DNA from: Candidatus Cloacimonadota bacterium
GTDB lineage: Bacteria > Cloacimonadota > Cloacimonadia > G963667145
NCBI GenBank assembly: GCA_963676615.1
Contig: OY781092.1
Span: forward strand, 64,001-128,000
Reading direction: 5' to 3'
DNA: 64,000 bases
The translations under genes and the position numbers were made by a program. Under the pieces are notes generated by a model, which did no database searches, was not told the DNA's origin, and worked only from the letters and a program-made list of their open reading frames with translations. Below are positions 48,256 through 58,321 of the stretch, one piece after another; within the stretch, counting starts at the first letter, position 1; each line of letters opens with the position of its first letter.

Positions 48256-50358
48256 TTACAGCTTAAACATCATCTGCCAATACGATGGCACAGGCCAGAT
48301 GTCCGCGGGCAAAAGATTTTCCAGACAGTCGATATCGTCTCGCAAATTTTTTAGGTCGTTCAGCAGCTGGCAGGCGCAAATTTCCGCCTTCTCCTTGTCG
48401 GTAGTCGCTTTTTCGATTTTGTCCATCGTCGCGCAAAGTTTTTTCAAATTCTCGTCGGCAGCCGAAAAGTGCGAGTTGATCTGAGTGAGTATCTTCGTTT
48501 GGACGCTTTGCTCGCTTTGGATTTTGTGCAAATCTTTGATGCTGCGTGCCAGTCTGCCGATGTAGTCGATAATTGCGGGAAAATATTGTGTGTTGATCAT
48601 TTTTTTCGCCGTGCGAGCCTCGATCAGCGCCTGCTTGTAGTATCTTTGGTAATAAATTTCCACCCTGGATTCCAGCTCTTGCGGGGTCAAAATTCCAGTA
48701 GATTCAAAGAGTTTTTTCGCTTTTTCTCTTTGGTAAGCGCCGATGGCTGCTGCGGTGTGCTCCAGCACGGGCAAGCCCAGCTTTTTCGCCCGCTTCAGAT
48801 ATTCTTGGGAGTAGTTGTCGCCGTTGAAAATAATTCGTTTTATCTGTGGAATCGTTTCTTGCAGGTAGTTGCAAATCTCGGAATTTATGTCGTTGCAGTT
48901 TTTTAGTCTCTGGTTCAAAGCGCTAAGTTCTTCCGCCATAAGGGCGTTGAGGACGACATTGGGCATCGAGATGGATGTTGACGACGGCACCATTCGGAAT
49001 TCGAATTTGTTGCCTGTGAAAGCCAGCGGCGAGGTTCTGTTTCTGTCGGTGTTGTCTTTGGGGAGCCTGCTCAGTGTGTCTACGCCGAGTTCCAAAAAAA
49101 CGCCTTTCTTTTTGTCTGCGCTGCTCACGCCTTTTTCGATATTGTCCAAAACATTGCTCAGTGCGTCGCCCAAAAAAACGGAGATAATCGCTGGGGGAGC
49201 TTCGCTGCCGCCGAGTCGATACTCGTTTCCGAGGTTCGACGCTGAGGCTCGCAGGAGGTCGGCGTGTTTGTCAAAACCTTTGAGAGCGGCGACCAAAAAG
49301 ACCAAAAAAAGCTGATTTTTTTCGGGCGTTGCTCCCGGTTCAAAAAGGTTGATGCCCGTGTCTGTAATCAACGACCAGTTGTTGTGCTTGCCCGAGCCGT
49401 TCACGCCTTGATATGGCTTCTCGTGAAGCAAACAGACCAAATCGTGCCGCAGGGCGACCCGCTTCATCGTCTCCATCACCAGCTGATTTTGGTCAGCGGC
49501 GAGATTTGTCTGGCAATAAACCGACGCCAGCTCGAACTGGCTGGGCGCGACCTCGTTGTGTTTCGATTTGGCGGTAATGCCCATTTCCCACAGGCGAAAA
49601 TCCAAATCTTTCATAAAATTCGCCACGCGATCTTTGATTTGTCCGAAATAATGGTCGTCCAGCTCTTGACCTTTGGGAGCGTTTGCGCCAAAAATCGTGC
49701 GTCCACAGGTAATCAAATCCAGCCTTTTGGCAAAATATTTTTTATCCACCAAAAAATACTCTTGCTCTGGACCCACGCTGGAAGTGACTTTTTTCACATC
49801 ATCGTAGCCAAGATTGTGCAGCAATTTTGTCGCTTGCTTGTTCACCGCTTGCATCGAGCGGAGCAGCGGAGTTTTTTTATCCAAAGCCTCGCCGTTATAG
49901 GAGCAAAAAGCGGTAGGAATGCACAAAGTGACGCCGGCGGTGTCTTCTTTGAGAAAAGCAGGCGAGGTGTAGTCCCAGCTGGTGTATCCGCGTGCCTCAA
50001 ATGTGCTGCGCAGACCTCCCGATGGAAAGCTAGAAGCGTCAGGCTCGCCCTGAGTAAGCTCTGCTCCAGAGAGGCTGAGCTCGATGCTGTTGCCTTTGTT
50101 GGTCGGATTTATGAACGAGTCGTGCTTTTCGGCAGTAGAGCCTGTCAGCGGCTGAAACCAGTGGGTGTAATGGGTTGCGCCCTTTTCAATCGCCCAATCT
50201 TTCATAGCCGCAGCGACTTTGTCCGCCAGTTCCCTTGGCAGTCGTAAATTATTCTCTATGCAGGAGATAAACAGCTTGAAATCTTTTGCGGGCAATCTCT
50301 TTTGCACCGAAAATCGGTTAAAAACCTTCTTCCCAAAAATCTTTTTGATATCGCTCAT
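48256..50358 (-). CDS. Glutamine synthetase type III
   Basis: THWFQPLTG.TAEKHD, EPDASSFPSGG.R.TFEARGY, NGSGKHNNW. Confidence 0.96.
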   Translation of the reverse strand: MSDIKKIFGKKVFNRFSVQKRLPAKDFKLFISCIENNLRLPRELADKVAAAMKDWAIEKGATHYTHWFQPLTGSTAEKHDSFINPTNKGNSIELSLSGAELTQGEPDASSFPSGGLRSTFEARGYTSWDYTSPAFLKEDTAGVTLCIPTAFCSYNGEALDKKTPLLRSMQAVNKQATKLLHNLGYDDVKKVTSSVGPEQEYFLVDKKYFAKRLDLITCGRTIFGANAPKGQELDDHYFGQIKDRVANFMKDLDFRLWEMGITAKSKHNEVAPSQFELASVYCQTNLAADQNQLVMETMKRVALRHDLVCLLHEKPYQGVNGSGKHNNWSLITDTGINLFEPGATPEKNQLFLVFLVAALKGFDKHADLLRASASNLGNEYRLGGSEAPPAIISVFLGDALSNVLDNIEKGVSSADKKKGVFLELGVDTLSRLPKDNTDRNRTSPLAFTGNKFEFRMVPSSTSISMPNVVLNALMAEELSALNQRLKNCNDINSEICNYLQETIPQIKRIIFNGDNYSQEYLKRAKKLGLPVLEHTAAAIGAYQREKAKKLFESTGILTPQELESRVEIYYQRYYKQALIEARTAKKMINTQYFPAIIDYIGRLARSIKDLHKIQSEQSVQTKILTQINSHFSAADENLKKLCATMDKIEKATTDKEKAEICACQLLNDLKNLRDDIDCLENLLPADIWPVPSYWQMMFKL

Positions 50359-50384
50359 ACAATCCTTTTTTTGCAGCAGAAAAA

Positions 50385-51266
50385 TTATTCGTCCAAATAT
50401 TGCTTAAACTTTTCTTTATTCTTTTTGATAAAATCCAAAGCCAGCACCAAAAAAATCGACAAAAACAAGCAGGCGAAAAATGTGACCAGCACAATCACTT
50501 TCTTGCTCTTCCATTTTCCCGAAAGAGCCCCCTTTCTTTTATCTTCCAAAATTTCTTCTTCGCGAATGCTCAGCGTTGGCCTTTTGGCTTTGTCCAAAAT
50601 CTTCACCTTGGAGTAGTCAAAAACGCTTGTCTTTTCGATGTCAGAGAGCGCTCCGCTGAGAGTTCCCACCAAAGCGACGAGATAGTCCACATCTTCCTGG
50701 CTTTTTGCTTTTTCGATTTTGTTTTTCAAAAATCGCAAGTTCTCTTGATACGCAGCAACGCTTTGTGCTTTCAGTCGTTTTTTTTCTTGCGTTTGGTCGA
50801 TGATGTCGGCATAATCTTCCCGCATCACTTTTTCGATAACTACGGGCGCAAGATTGGCAACCGGCGCAACAATCTCTTGGTCTGCCGACACAACCGAAAT
50901 TTCGATGCAGTTTGGCTTGGCATCGCTATTTTTTTTTGCTTCATCAAAGCTAAACTGAAAATTTTCGATAGTTATTTGCGGAAATTTTGCATTTATTGTT
51001 TGAATAAATTTATTTCCCGAAACCACAGATTTCACCAAATTGAGATAGTAGTTTTCGCTGGAATTTTGCGATTGATAGGCGTTAATAGTTGTGGTCGCTT
51101 TGTAAAGGCTGACTCGCTCCATTTTGAAAAGCGCAAAAGCCACTACCAACAAAGTCGGCAGGACCGTCAGCAAAATAATTGTCCACTTTTTCTTCCACAG
51201 CTTGGCGACGATTTCCAAAAGGTCTATCTCGTCGTCAGCTTGATAATTTGTTTGATTTTCACGCAT
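50385..51266 (-). CDS. Wzz-type chain length determinant
   Basis: DDEIDLLE...LW..KW, N- and C-terminal TM helices, coiled coil. Confidence 0.8.
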   Translation of the reverse strand: MRENQTNYQADDEIDLLEIVAKLWKKKWTIILLTVLPTLLVVAFALFKMERVSLYKATTTINAYQSQNSSENYYLNLVKSVVSGNKFIQTINAKFPQITIENFQFSFDEAKKNSDAKPNCIEISVVSADQEIVAPVANLAPVVIEKVMREDYADIIDQTQEKKRLKAQSVAAYQENLRFLKNKIEKAKSQEDVDYLVALVGTLSGALSDIEKTSVFDYSKVKILDKAKRPTLSIREEEILEDKRKGALSGKWKSKKVIVLVTFFACLFLSIFLVLALDFIKKNKEKFKQYLDE

Positions 51267-51546
51267 CTAAATCTCTCCTATTTTCTTTTAGCTCATAAAA
51301 TTTCACACTCTCACTTTTCGAAACATTACCCTTTGGTATCTGCAAAATGTCAACGATTTTCGTGTATCCAGCCAGGCAAAATTCGATTTTATCGCCAACA
51401 AAAACTTTTTCCGACGGCTTGGCGATTTTGTCGTTCAGTTTCACCAAAGATTTTTGGCAAGCTTTTTGGGCGATGCTCCTGGTTTTGGTCAGACAAAGTT
51501 TGTTCAGCAGGGCGTCGATCCGCATCCAATTTTTGTCATTTCCCAT
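51259..51546 (-). CDS. S4-domain RNA-binding protein (Hsp15/YabO-like)
   Basis: MRIDALL...KTRS.A...KPS..V.VGD. Confidence 0.88.
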   Translation of the reverse strand: MGNDKNWMRIDALLNKLCLTKTRSIAQKACQKSLVKLNDKIAKPSEKVFVGDKIEFCLAGYTKIVDILQIPKGNVSKSESVKFYELKENRRDLDA

Positions 51547-52627
51547 TCAATCCTCGCTTGATAAACCAGTAGTAGTTGCGGGTTTTGATGCCGTAATAGC
51601 TAAAAAACGCGATGCCACCAAAATTTTTGTCCAGAGCAAGACGAATTTTCGCCAAAATCTCTCCGCCTGTGTAGCTGTTTTTTTCGTCCCAAGTTCTGAG
51701 TCCGACTACAATTTTTTCGTTTTGCCCGAGCGATGCGGCGAAATCCAGCTGCTTTTCGATAATTTCGTGCTCTTTGGCGTAAGCCATCAAATAAACTTTG
51801 TCCACGATTCCCTCGTCTAGCCACGCCTTCCAGTCTTGGCTGCGGGTGTAATATGCGTCGTCATAGTTTGCAAAAACGGCGGTCGAGACCTCGATTTGCG
51901 GGTTGATGTTTTTTGCGCCGTGGTAAATCTTTTCCACAAAATTGGTGATGTTGTCCCGTTTGAACTCCTGAAAATCGGTGTAGTCGCTCTGTTCAAAAAT
52001 CGCTTTCGCCTGCGGATTGTAGCCGTATTCTTTGCTCGGATAGCGGATATAGTCCATCTGAATGCCGTCGATTTTGTAGTTGCTGACAACATCCATATAG
52101 ATGTTGTAAAGATACTCCTGCACCTCGGGAATTGCGGGGTCAAAAAAAGCGCCCTCTTGGCTCGTGTGTGGCATTCGCTTGCCGTATTTGTCGTATGTAA
52201 TCCAATAGTTGTGCCGCAGATACGGATGCTCAAGCCCGATATTTTCGACATTGCTGCTGGTGATAACGAAAGTCGTTAGCCAAGCAATCAGCTTCAGATT
52301 TTTCTCTTTGCAAGCAATCGACAAATATTCCAGCGGGTCGAAATCGTCGTCCGCAAGGTTGTAATGACGCGGCTCGTCGTTGGCATAGGCGCTGCTGTAT
52401 TTGTTGGGAAAATAAAGAGCGTCTCCACGATAGCGAGCCTCGGCGATAATCGTGTTGATCCCGCAATCTGCCGCTTTTTGCAGCATCTGGTCGATGCTTT
52501 GCTTGTCCTGAATATCCCACGGCGTAGCCCAAACAGCCTTTTCTGTGCCGCACAAACAGGAGAAAGCAAACAGAAAAAAAAGGAGAAAAAATTCTCCTTT
52601 CTTCAAAAAAAACTTTGAAACCATCAA
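51536..52627 (-). CDS. Glycosyl hydrolase-like 10 (YddW/DigH-like) protein
   Basis: FDPLE, DPAIPEVQ, DGIQMDYIRY, QDW..W. Confidence 0.85.
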   Translation of the reverse strand: MMVSKFFLKKGEFFLLFFLFAFSCLCGTEKAVWATPWDIQDKQSIDQMLQKAADCGINTIIAEARYRGDALYFPNKYSSAYANDEPRHYNLADDDFDPLEYLSIACKEKNLKLIAWLTTFVITSSNVENIGLEHPYLRHNYWITYDKYGKRMPHTSQEGAFFDPAIPEVQEYLYNIYMDVVSNYKIDGIQMDYIRYPSKEYGYNPQAKAIFEQSDYTDFQEFKRDNITNFVEKIYHGAKNINPQIEVSTAVFANYDDAYYTRSQDWKAWLDEGIVDKVYLMAYAKEHEIIEKQLDFAASLGQNEKIVVGLRTWDEKNSYTGGEILAKIRLALDKNFGGIAFFSYYGIKTRNYYWFIKRGLNGK

Positions 52628-52635
52628 AAACGGTT

Positions 52636-53763
52636 TTAGCCTCTAACTCGCAGCGGCATCAAAAGAAAACGAGAGCTGAAATTCGCGTCAACCTCTTCTT
52701 GATTGTAAATCAGAATCGCCTCGGTCGAACTCTTCAGACAAATCTTCACATTTTCGCTGGTGATAACATTGAGAATCGAGAGCAAAAACTTGTAGTTGAG
52801 TGTAACTTCCATCGGCTCAGAATTGACCTCCACGGCTTGCAAATCCTCGCTACCAAAACCTTTTTCGTCGTTGGACGAACTGAGCGTGATTCCATCGTCT
52901 TTAATCGAAAGCAGCACCCGGAAATCGATATCAGACGACGCCAAAGACACGCGCTTGATAGCGTCGCTAATTTCGCCGCGGTTCAGCACCAAAATATTGT
53001 TGTTCTCGACCTTGAAAGCCCTTTTGTAATCGGGAAATTCGCCCTCGATAACATGAGAGAAAATCGTAAAATTCTCGTAGTTAAAAACGATTCTGTTCTC
53101 CTCAAAAAGCACGCGAATGTTGTTGCTTTGCTCATCCAAAATTTTGCTGATAAACAAAGTCGTTTTGACCGGCATAATCTTGCTCAGCTCCTGGCTAACA
53201 TTCAAATTTTCCTTAATCGTCACCTCGGCAATTTTGCTGGCGTCCGTGGCAACCATCACTTGCCCTTGCGGACTCAGCTGCCAAAAAATCCCGTTGAGCA
53301 CCGGCGAATTGATCCTGTTGGAAACAGCGAAAGAGGTATTGGAAATCATCCTCGTGAACATATCCATCTCAAACTCGATAGCTTTGTCGAAGTCGATTTT
53401 GGGAATAATCGGAAAAACCGAAAAATCTTCGATAATCGGCGTAGAAAATTTGGAGTTCCCGCAATTGATCTTCAGCTTGCTCTCGTTCTGCTGAATGTAG
53501 ATGGTGTTGTTGGGTAGAGCGGCGATAATATCGCTAAAATATTTGGCAGGAATTGCCGTTTTGCCAGACTCCAGCACATTCGCCTTGATTTTCGCCGTAA
53601 CCGTAATCTCCATATCAGAAGCGCTTATCGTCACCGTCTCGGAATCTTGATCGGCTTCCAAAAGAAAAGTTGTTAAAATAGCCATCGCGTTTTTGCTCGG
53701 CACAACGGTCACCAAATGGGCGATTTTGCTGGCAATATCTTTTTTTTCAATCGAGAATTTCAT
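52636..53763 (-). CDS. dnaN: DNA polymerase III beta clamp
   Basis: SDME, ATD, IEGEFPDY, terminal LLMPLR. Confidence 0.95.
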   Translation of the reverse strand: MKFSIEKKDIASKIAHLVTVVPSKNAMAILTTFLLEADQDSETVTISASDMEITVTAKIKANVLESGKTAIPAKYFSDIIAALPNNTIYIQQNESKLKINCGNSKFSTPIIEDFSVFPIIPKIDFDKAIEFEMDMFTRMISNTSFAVSNRINSPVLNGIFWQLSPQGQVMVATDASKIAEVTIKENLNVSQELSKIMPVKTTLFISKILDEQSNNIRVLFEENRIVFNYENFTIFSHVIEGEFPDYKRAFKVENNNILVLNRGEISDAIKRVSLASSDIDFRVLLSIKDDGITLSSSNDEKGFGSEDLQAVEVNSEPMEVTLNYKFLLSILNVITSENVKICLKSSTEAILIYNQEEVDANFSSRFLLMPLRVRG

Positions 53764-53896
53764 TGTCGTCTCCTTAAAAAGCGGTAAACTTTTTTTAAAA
53801 AAAGCGTTCCTAAAATAAAAACCTTAATGGTTTCTTTATGCAAAATATTTGCCAAAAACGATTAAGGCTCTCAAAAATAAAGCGGGATTAAAATAA

Positions 53897-53936
53897 TAGG
53901 CAAGGATTTAAGAACTAAGTTCAAAGCCCTTGCCTA
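53897..53936 (-). terminator. Hairpin downstream of hup
   Basis: TAGGCAAGG / CCTTGCCTA stem followed by a T-rich tract on the minus strand. Confidence 0.6.
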
Positions 53937-53960
53937 AATATTTTTGAATTTTGCAGTAAA

Positions 53961-54233
53961 CTATTTTACAGCGTCTTTCAAGCTTTTGCCAGCTTTGAAA
54001 GATGGAACATCCCTTGCTGGAATAGTGATGCTAGCTCCAGATTGTGGGTTTCTTCCTGCTCTCTCAGCTCTGTGTTTTACAGAAAAAGTCCCGAAACCAA
54101 CCAAAGCAACCTTATCTTTTTTAGCCAAAGCGTTAGTTACGCTCTCTAAAAAAGAAGAAAGGGCGCTAGCGGCTTGCTTTTTGTTGATGTCAGCGTCTTT
54201 TGCTATTTTGCTTACAATTTCTTCTCTTGTCAT
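53961..54233 (-). CDS. hup: DNA-binding protein HU
   Basis: VGFGTF...GRNPQSG...FKAGKSLK. Confidence 0.96.
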   Translation of the reverse strand: MTREEIVSKIAKDADINKKQAASALSSFLESVTNALAKKDKVALVGFGTFSVKHRAERAGRNPQSGASITIPARDVPSFKAGKSLKDAVK

Positions 54234-54340
54234 AATTTCTCCTTATTTGTACCTTAAGTATTTTTCACCCACTACCGTGGCTCTTTATTCTGTCAATAAA
54301 AAAAAATAATAAAAATGTTGAATCTACGGTGTTTCCCTTT

Positions 54341-56986
54341 TTATGCTTCTTCTCTATAAGGCTTTATCTTGCAGTTTTTCAACGAGTTAGATATAGGTAA
54401 CTGGATTTTTGCTTTCAGCCCTTTTTCCTTACAAGTTGCCAAAACTTTTTGCAGCTCTTTGCTTTCCAAAGCCGCTGGATTTACCACAACAACGCCGTTT
54501 TGAGCCTCCGCTTTTTGCAAAATTTCGTCGATATTCTCAAAGCAAGCGATTGCGTTTTTCTCCAAGAAAGTCGGCTGGTTGTGATACAAAAAGTAGCTTC
54601 CTTGATACAGAACCCGTTGGCTGACGGAGTTGTAGTCTTCGACCGTTGAGCCAAGGTAAAAAACGGTCTGGCTTTTTAGCTCGTCGCTTTTTACGACATC
54701 CAAATCTTTGCAAAGCTCAATTTTTTCTTGTAATCCTGCTTCAACGCTTGTCTGGTCGGCGTCTTCGGTGAAAGCAAATTTGCCTTTTTTACAGATTAAA
54801 CCAAGCCCTTTGTCTTTGTCGGCAGTCACCTTGATGATGGTGTCGTCGATTTTTTCGAGGTTGATTGCGCACTCGTCGCCGCAAGCAAGGCAGGTTGCGC
54901 TCACGATTTTGCCTTTGAGCGGTCCTTGGTGTCCGCTGGTCACCTTTTCGGTTAGCGCGCCCACTGGGCAAGATTCGATACAAGCCCCGCAGCTGATGCA
55001 TCTGGAGAGTTTGAAGCCGTCGTTGAAGTCGGTTTGCACGATTGAGGCAAAACCACGATTTGTGTAGCCAAGAGCGCTCACGCCTTCCAAATCTTGACAA
55101 ATTCTCACGCAGCTTCCGCACAAAATACATTTCGCTGGGTCGTGCGCAAGATATGGATGCGATTGGTCGGTCGGGCTGATTTCCACTTCGCCTTTGAACT
55201 TCGTGCATTCGGCAGAATACATCTCGGCATATTTTTTGAGTTTGCACTCGCTAACATCTTGACATCCGCATTCTAAGCACCGTTCAGCCTCTTTTAGGGC
55301 GGTCTCCAAATCCAAGCCTTTTTCCACTTCGTCCCAAGATTTTACTCGTTCTTTGGGGTCGATCATCGGCATATCGCATTTCGGCAAAGACTCTCTGTCG
55401 GACAGGTAATTTTTCAGCTCTTTTTTGGAAAGGAGGTCGGTTCTTTTGATGTAGAAGCCGAAATCGTCGTAAGCGTCTTTGTCGGTAACCTCTTCGCCTT
55501 TGAGATATTGGTCGATCGAGCCAGCTGCCAATTTTCCGTCGGCAATCGCTTGGATGGCTATGCCAGGACCTCTGGCGGCGTCTCCACCAGTGAAGATTCC
55601 CTCGATATTCGTCGCGAAACTTTTTTCGTATTTAATCGTTCCCCAGCTCTCAAGGTCAACGCCCTCCAAACCGACTGGATCAACTTTTTGACCGATAGCG
55701 GCGATGGCAATATCGCAAACCAAATCTTCTTGTTCGCCAGTTTTTACAGGTCTTCTTCTGCCAGAATCGTCAGGCTCGCCGAGTTTCATCAAATCCAAAG
55801 TAATCGACTGCAAATCGCCAGAACCGTTGAACTTTTGCGGCGCGCAAAGCTCTTTGATTTCGATGCCTTCTTCTTTTGCGTCAACAATTTCGTTGTCGGC
55901 AGCGGGCATCTCCTTTTCTGTGCGTCGATAGGCGATGATCACTTTTTCTGCGCCCAAACGGACAGATGAGCGCGCGCAGTCGATAGCGGTGTTTCCGCCG
56001 CCAAGCACAACCACCGTTTTTCCGCTGAAATCGTATTTTTCGCCGAGGTTGAGTTTACGCAAAAAATCGACACCTTGCAAAGCCAGCTCTTCGTTTTCTG
56101 CTCTTGCAGACGAGCCGTTTTGCGCACCAGTGCCCAAGAAAATTGCGTCGTAATCTTTTTGCAGTTCTGCGATGGTGAAATCTTTGCCTAGCGCTTGATT
56201 GCAACGAAGTTCCGAGCCGTAGCTCAGCAAATAGTCGATCTCTTGGCGCAGAAGGTCGCGAGGCATCCGATAAGCTGGGATTCCGTAGCGAAGCATTCCG
56301 CCTGGCTCAGGCAATTTTTCGAAAATCACAGGAGAGTGACCTTGCAGCGAGAGGTAGTAGGCGCAAGAAAGTCCGCCAGGTCCAGAGCCGATCACGGCAA
56401 CTTTTTTGCCCGTAGATTTTGCTTTGTTTACTCGCAAAGCGCCGCCGTTTTTGCGTTCGTAGTCTGTGGCAAATCTTTTTAGCCAGTCGATAGCTACCTC
56501 AGAGTCGATATTGTGCCTGCGACAAACATCCTCGCACGGCCTTGCGCAAACTCGTCCGCACACCAGCGGCAATGGATTTTGCTCTCGTATCAGGCGAACT
56601 GCTTCTTTATACATCCCGCGTGAAATCATCGAGATGTAGCCGGGAATATCTACTGTGCTGGGACATTCCATCGTGCATGGGGCGTAGCAATCGCCAAGGT
56701 GGTTGGACAAAAGAAGCTCCAAGTTCATTTTGCGAGTGGCGCGAATGTCGTCCGAATCGGTGACAACTTCCATTCCTTCTTGAATTTCCGTTGAGCAAGA
56801 CGGCGAAAATTTTCCGCGTCCGCCTTTGACCTCCACAATGCAGATGAAGCACGAGGTGTATGGCTTCAGCCTTTGGTCGTGGCAAAAAGTCGGCACGAAA
56901 ATATTGTTCTGCTTGCAAACTTCCAAAACCGTTTGCCCCTGCTGCCCGACATAGCTTTTCCCGTCGATAGTCAAATTGATTTTCAT
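54341..56986 (-). CDS. Multidomain Fe-S/FAD NAD(P)H oxidoreductase (2Fe-2S + GltD-like + 4Fe-4S)
   Basis: N-terminal 2Fe-2S Cys motif, CGRVCARPCE, GSGPGG, GGGNTA, two CxxCxxCxxxC, CLACGDEC. Confidence 0.88.
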   Translation of the reverse strand: MKINLTIDGKSYVGQQGQTVLEVCKQNNIFVPTFCHDQRLKPYTSCFICIVEVKGGRGKFSPSCSTEIQEGMEVVTDSDDIRATRKMNLELLLSNHLGDCYAPCTMECPSTVDIPGYISMISRGMYKEAVRLIREQNPLPLVCGRVCARPCEDVCRRHNIDSEVAIDWLKRFATDYERKNGGALRVNKAKSTGKKVAVIGSGPGGLSCAYYLSLQGHSPVIFEKLPEPGGMLRYGIPAYRMPRDLLRQEIDYLLSYGSELRCNQALGKDFTIAELQKDYDAIFLGTGAQNGSSARAENEELALQGVDFLRKLNLGEKYDFSGKTVVVLGGGNTAIDCARSSVRLGAEKVIIAYRRTEKEMPAADNEIVDAKEEGIEIKELCAPQKFNGSGDLQSITLDLMKLGEPDDSGRRRPVKTGEQEDLVCDIAIAAIGQKVDPVGLEGVDLESWGTIKYEKSFATNIEGIFTGGDAARGPGIAIQAIADGKLAAGSIDQYLKGEEVTDKDAYDDFGFYIKRTDLLSKKELKNYLSDRESLPKCDMPMIDPKERVKSWDEVEKGLDLETALKEAERCLECGCQDVSECKLKKYAEMYSAECTKFKGEVEISPTDQSHPYLAHDPAKCILCGSCVRICQDLEGVSALGYTNRGFASIVQTDFNDGFKLSRCISCGACIESCPVGALTEKVTSGHQGPLKGKIVSATCLACGDECAINLEKIDDTIIKVTADKDKGLGLICKKGKFAFTEDADQTSVEAGLQEKIELCKDLDVVKSDELKSQTVFYLGSTVEDYNSVSQRVLYQGSYFLYHNQPTFLEKNAIACFENIDEILQKAEAQNGVVVVNPAALESKELQKVLATCKEKGLKAKIQLPISNSLKNCKIKPYREEA

Positions 56987-57016
56987 AATAGATATTCTCC
57001 CTAAAAATTATTAAAA

Positions 57017-57384
57017 TGGTGGAGGTGGCGAGAGTCGAACTCGCGTCCAAAAGTCAACCGCTGCCGGCTCTACATACTTAGTTGTTTTCGTTTAACCAAA
57101 AGCAAGGAAACAATCAACCTAAACTTTCGGCGAGTTTTCTAAAAAATTTCGCAAAAAGAGCAAAAACAGACCCTTTATTGCTATTTGACCAAAAATGATG
57201 CCTCGTTTTCAGGAAGAGATCAAAGCCTTCGCTGAAGAGACAGGCGCCTTAATTAGGCAGCCATTGCGTAGTTATCGTTTCCGTCTACTTAATTTTGTCT
57301 GGAACAGTTTTGCGGGATGACCAAACATCGCCCGATATGCACCGATAGTCGATTAAAACCTCTGTCTAAACCAGTTTCACCCCC
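57017..57384 (-). ncRNA. ssrA: tmRNA; tag (A)GNDNYAMAA encoded at 57282-57253
   Basis: 5' GGGGGTG and 3' CACCTCCACCA alanyl acceptor stem, T-arm GTTCGACT, tag ORF ending YAMAA-stop. Confidence 0.95.
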
Positions 57385-57681
57385 GTGGTTTAATATAAGT
57401 TCATTTTCGACAAGTAAAAAAGGTTTTCTTGCGCGGTAGCTTGTCAATATATTTTTCCGAATTTAGCAATTTGCGGGGGCTGCTCTTTTTTTTGCTGCTT
57501 TTCTCTTCAGCACTTTTTTCGCTTTTTCGCCAGTAGAAAGCGAACTAGGAATGGGGCGGCATCCCGCTTTATCGGGTCAGACAGCGAGAAAAACTCCTAA
57601 AATTCCCGCAAAGAGCTTGACAGAAAAAGTGAGAATTGGCGCTAATTTTGACCTTGAGAAGATTTTGATTAGGGAGAGATT

Positions 57682-58317
57682 ATGTTGAAGATAGAAAGGT
57701 TTGTGCTGCTGCCGGGATACGAGACCAACACTTACTTGATTTTTGATGAAGGCTCTGGCAAAGCGGCGCTTATCGATCCAGCGGCAACGGGGCAGCAGGT
57801 GAGCGATTTTATCGCCCAAAACGAGCTGGATTTGGCTTACATTCTGAACACGCACGGGCATTCCGACCATATCGGCGGCAACCGTTTTTTCAAAAAACTT
57901 TATCCGACGGCGAAGCTGCTTATTCACGAGAATGATCGGCAGATGCTCACCGACGCTAAAGCCAATTTTAGTGCGTTTTTTATTCAGGAGATTACCTCGC
58001 CAGAAGCGGACGGATTTTTGCAAGATGGGCAGAAAATTGCGCTGGGCGACGAAGTTTTAACGGTGCTGCACACGCCGGGACACACGCAAGGCGGTGTTTG
58101 TTTTTTGGCAAAAGATGCCCTTTTTGCTGGCGACACGCTTTTTGATATGAGCGTCGGCAGAACAGATTTGCCGGGCGGAAATTCCGAGCAGTTGCTTGCC
58201 TCGATTAAGGCGAAGATTATGGGACTGCCCGACGATTTGCGGGTCTATTCTGGTCACGGACGCGACTCAGTTTTGGGTCAGCAAAAAAAGAGCAATCCGT
58301 ATTTAAAGGAGCTGTGA
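57682..58317 (+). CDS. MBL-fold metallo-hydrolase (glyoxalase II-like)
   Basis: THGHSDHIG, HTPGHT, GDTLF, GHG. Confidence 0.92.
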   Translation: MLKIERFVLLPGYETNTYLIFDEGSGKAALIDPAATGQQVSDFIAQNELDLAYILNTHGHSDHIGGNRFFKKLYPTAKLLIHENDRQMLTDAKANFSAFFIQEITSPEADGFLQDGQKIALGDEVLTVLHTPGHTQGGVCFLAKDALFAGDTLFDMSVGRTDLPGGNSEQLLASIKAKIMGLPDDLRVYSGHGRDSVLGQQKKSNPYLKEL

Positions 58318-58321
58318 TTTT

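Noticed and set aside
49264..53517. Long plus-strand ORFs (327, 390 and 300 aa)
   Set aside because: Antisense shadows of GSIII, wzz/S4 and dnaN with no recognisable motifs
53764..53960. oriC upstream of dnaN
   Set aside because: AT-rich, but no DnaA-box cluster and no dnaA
56987..57030. Element integrated at the tmRNA 3' end (likewise tRNA-Arg at 30965)
   Set aside because: Ordinary genes start within about 30 bp; no integrase or duplicated 3' end
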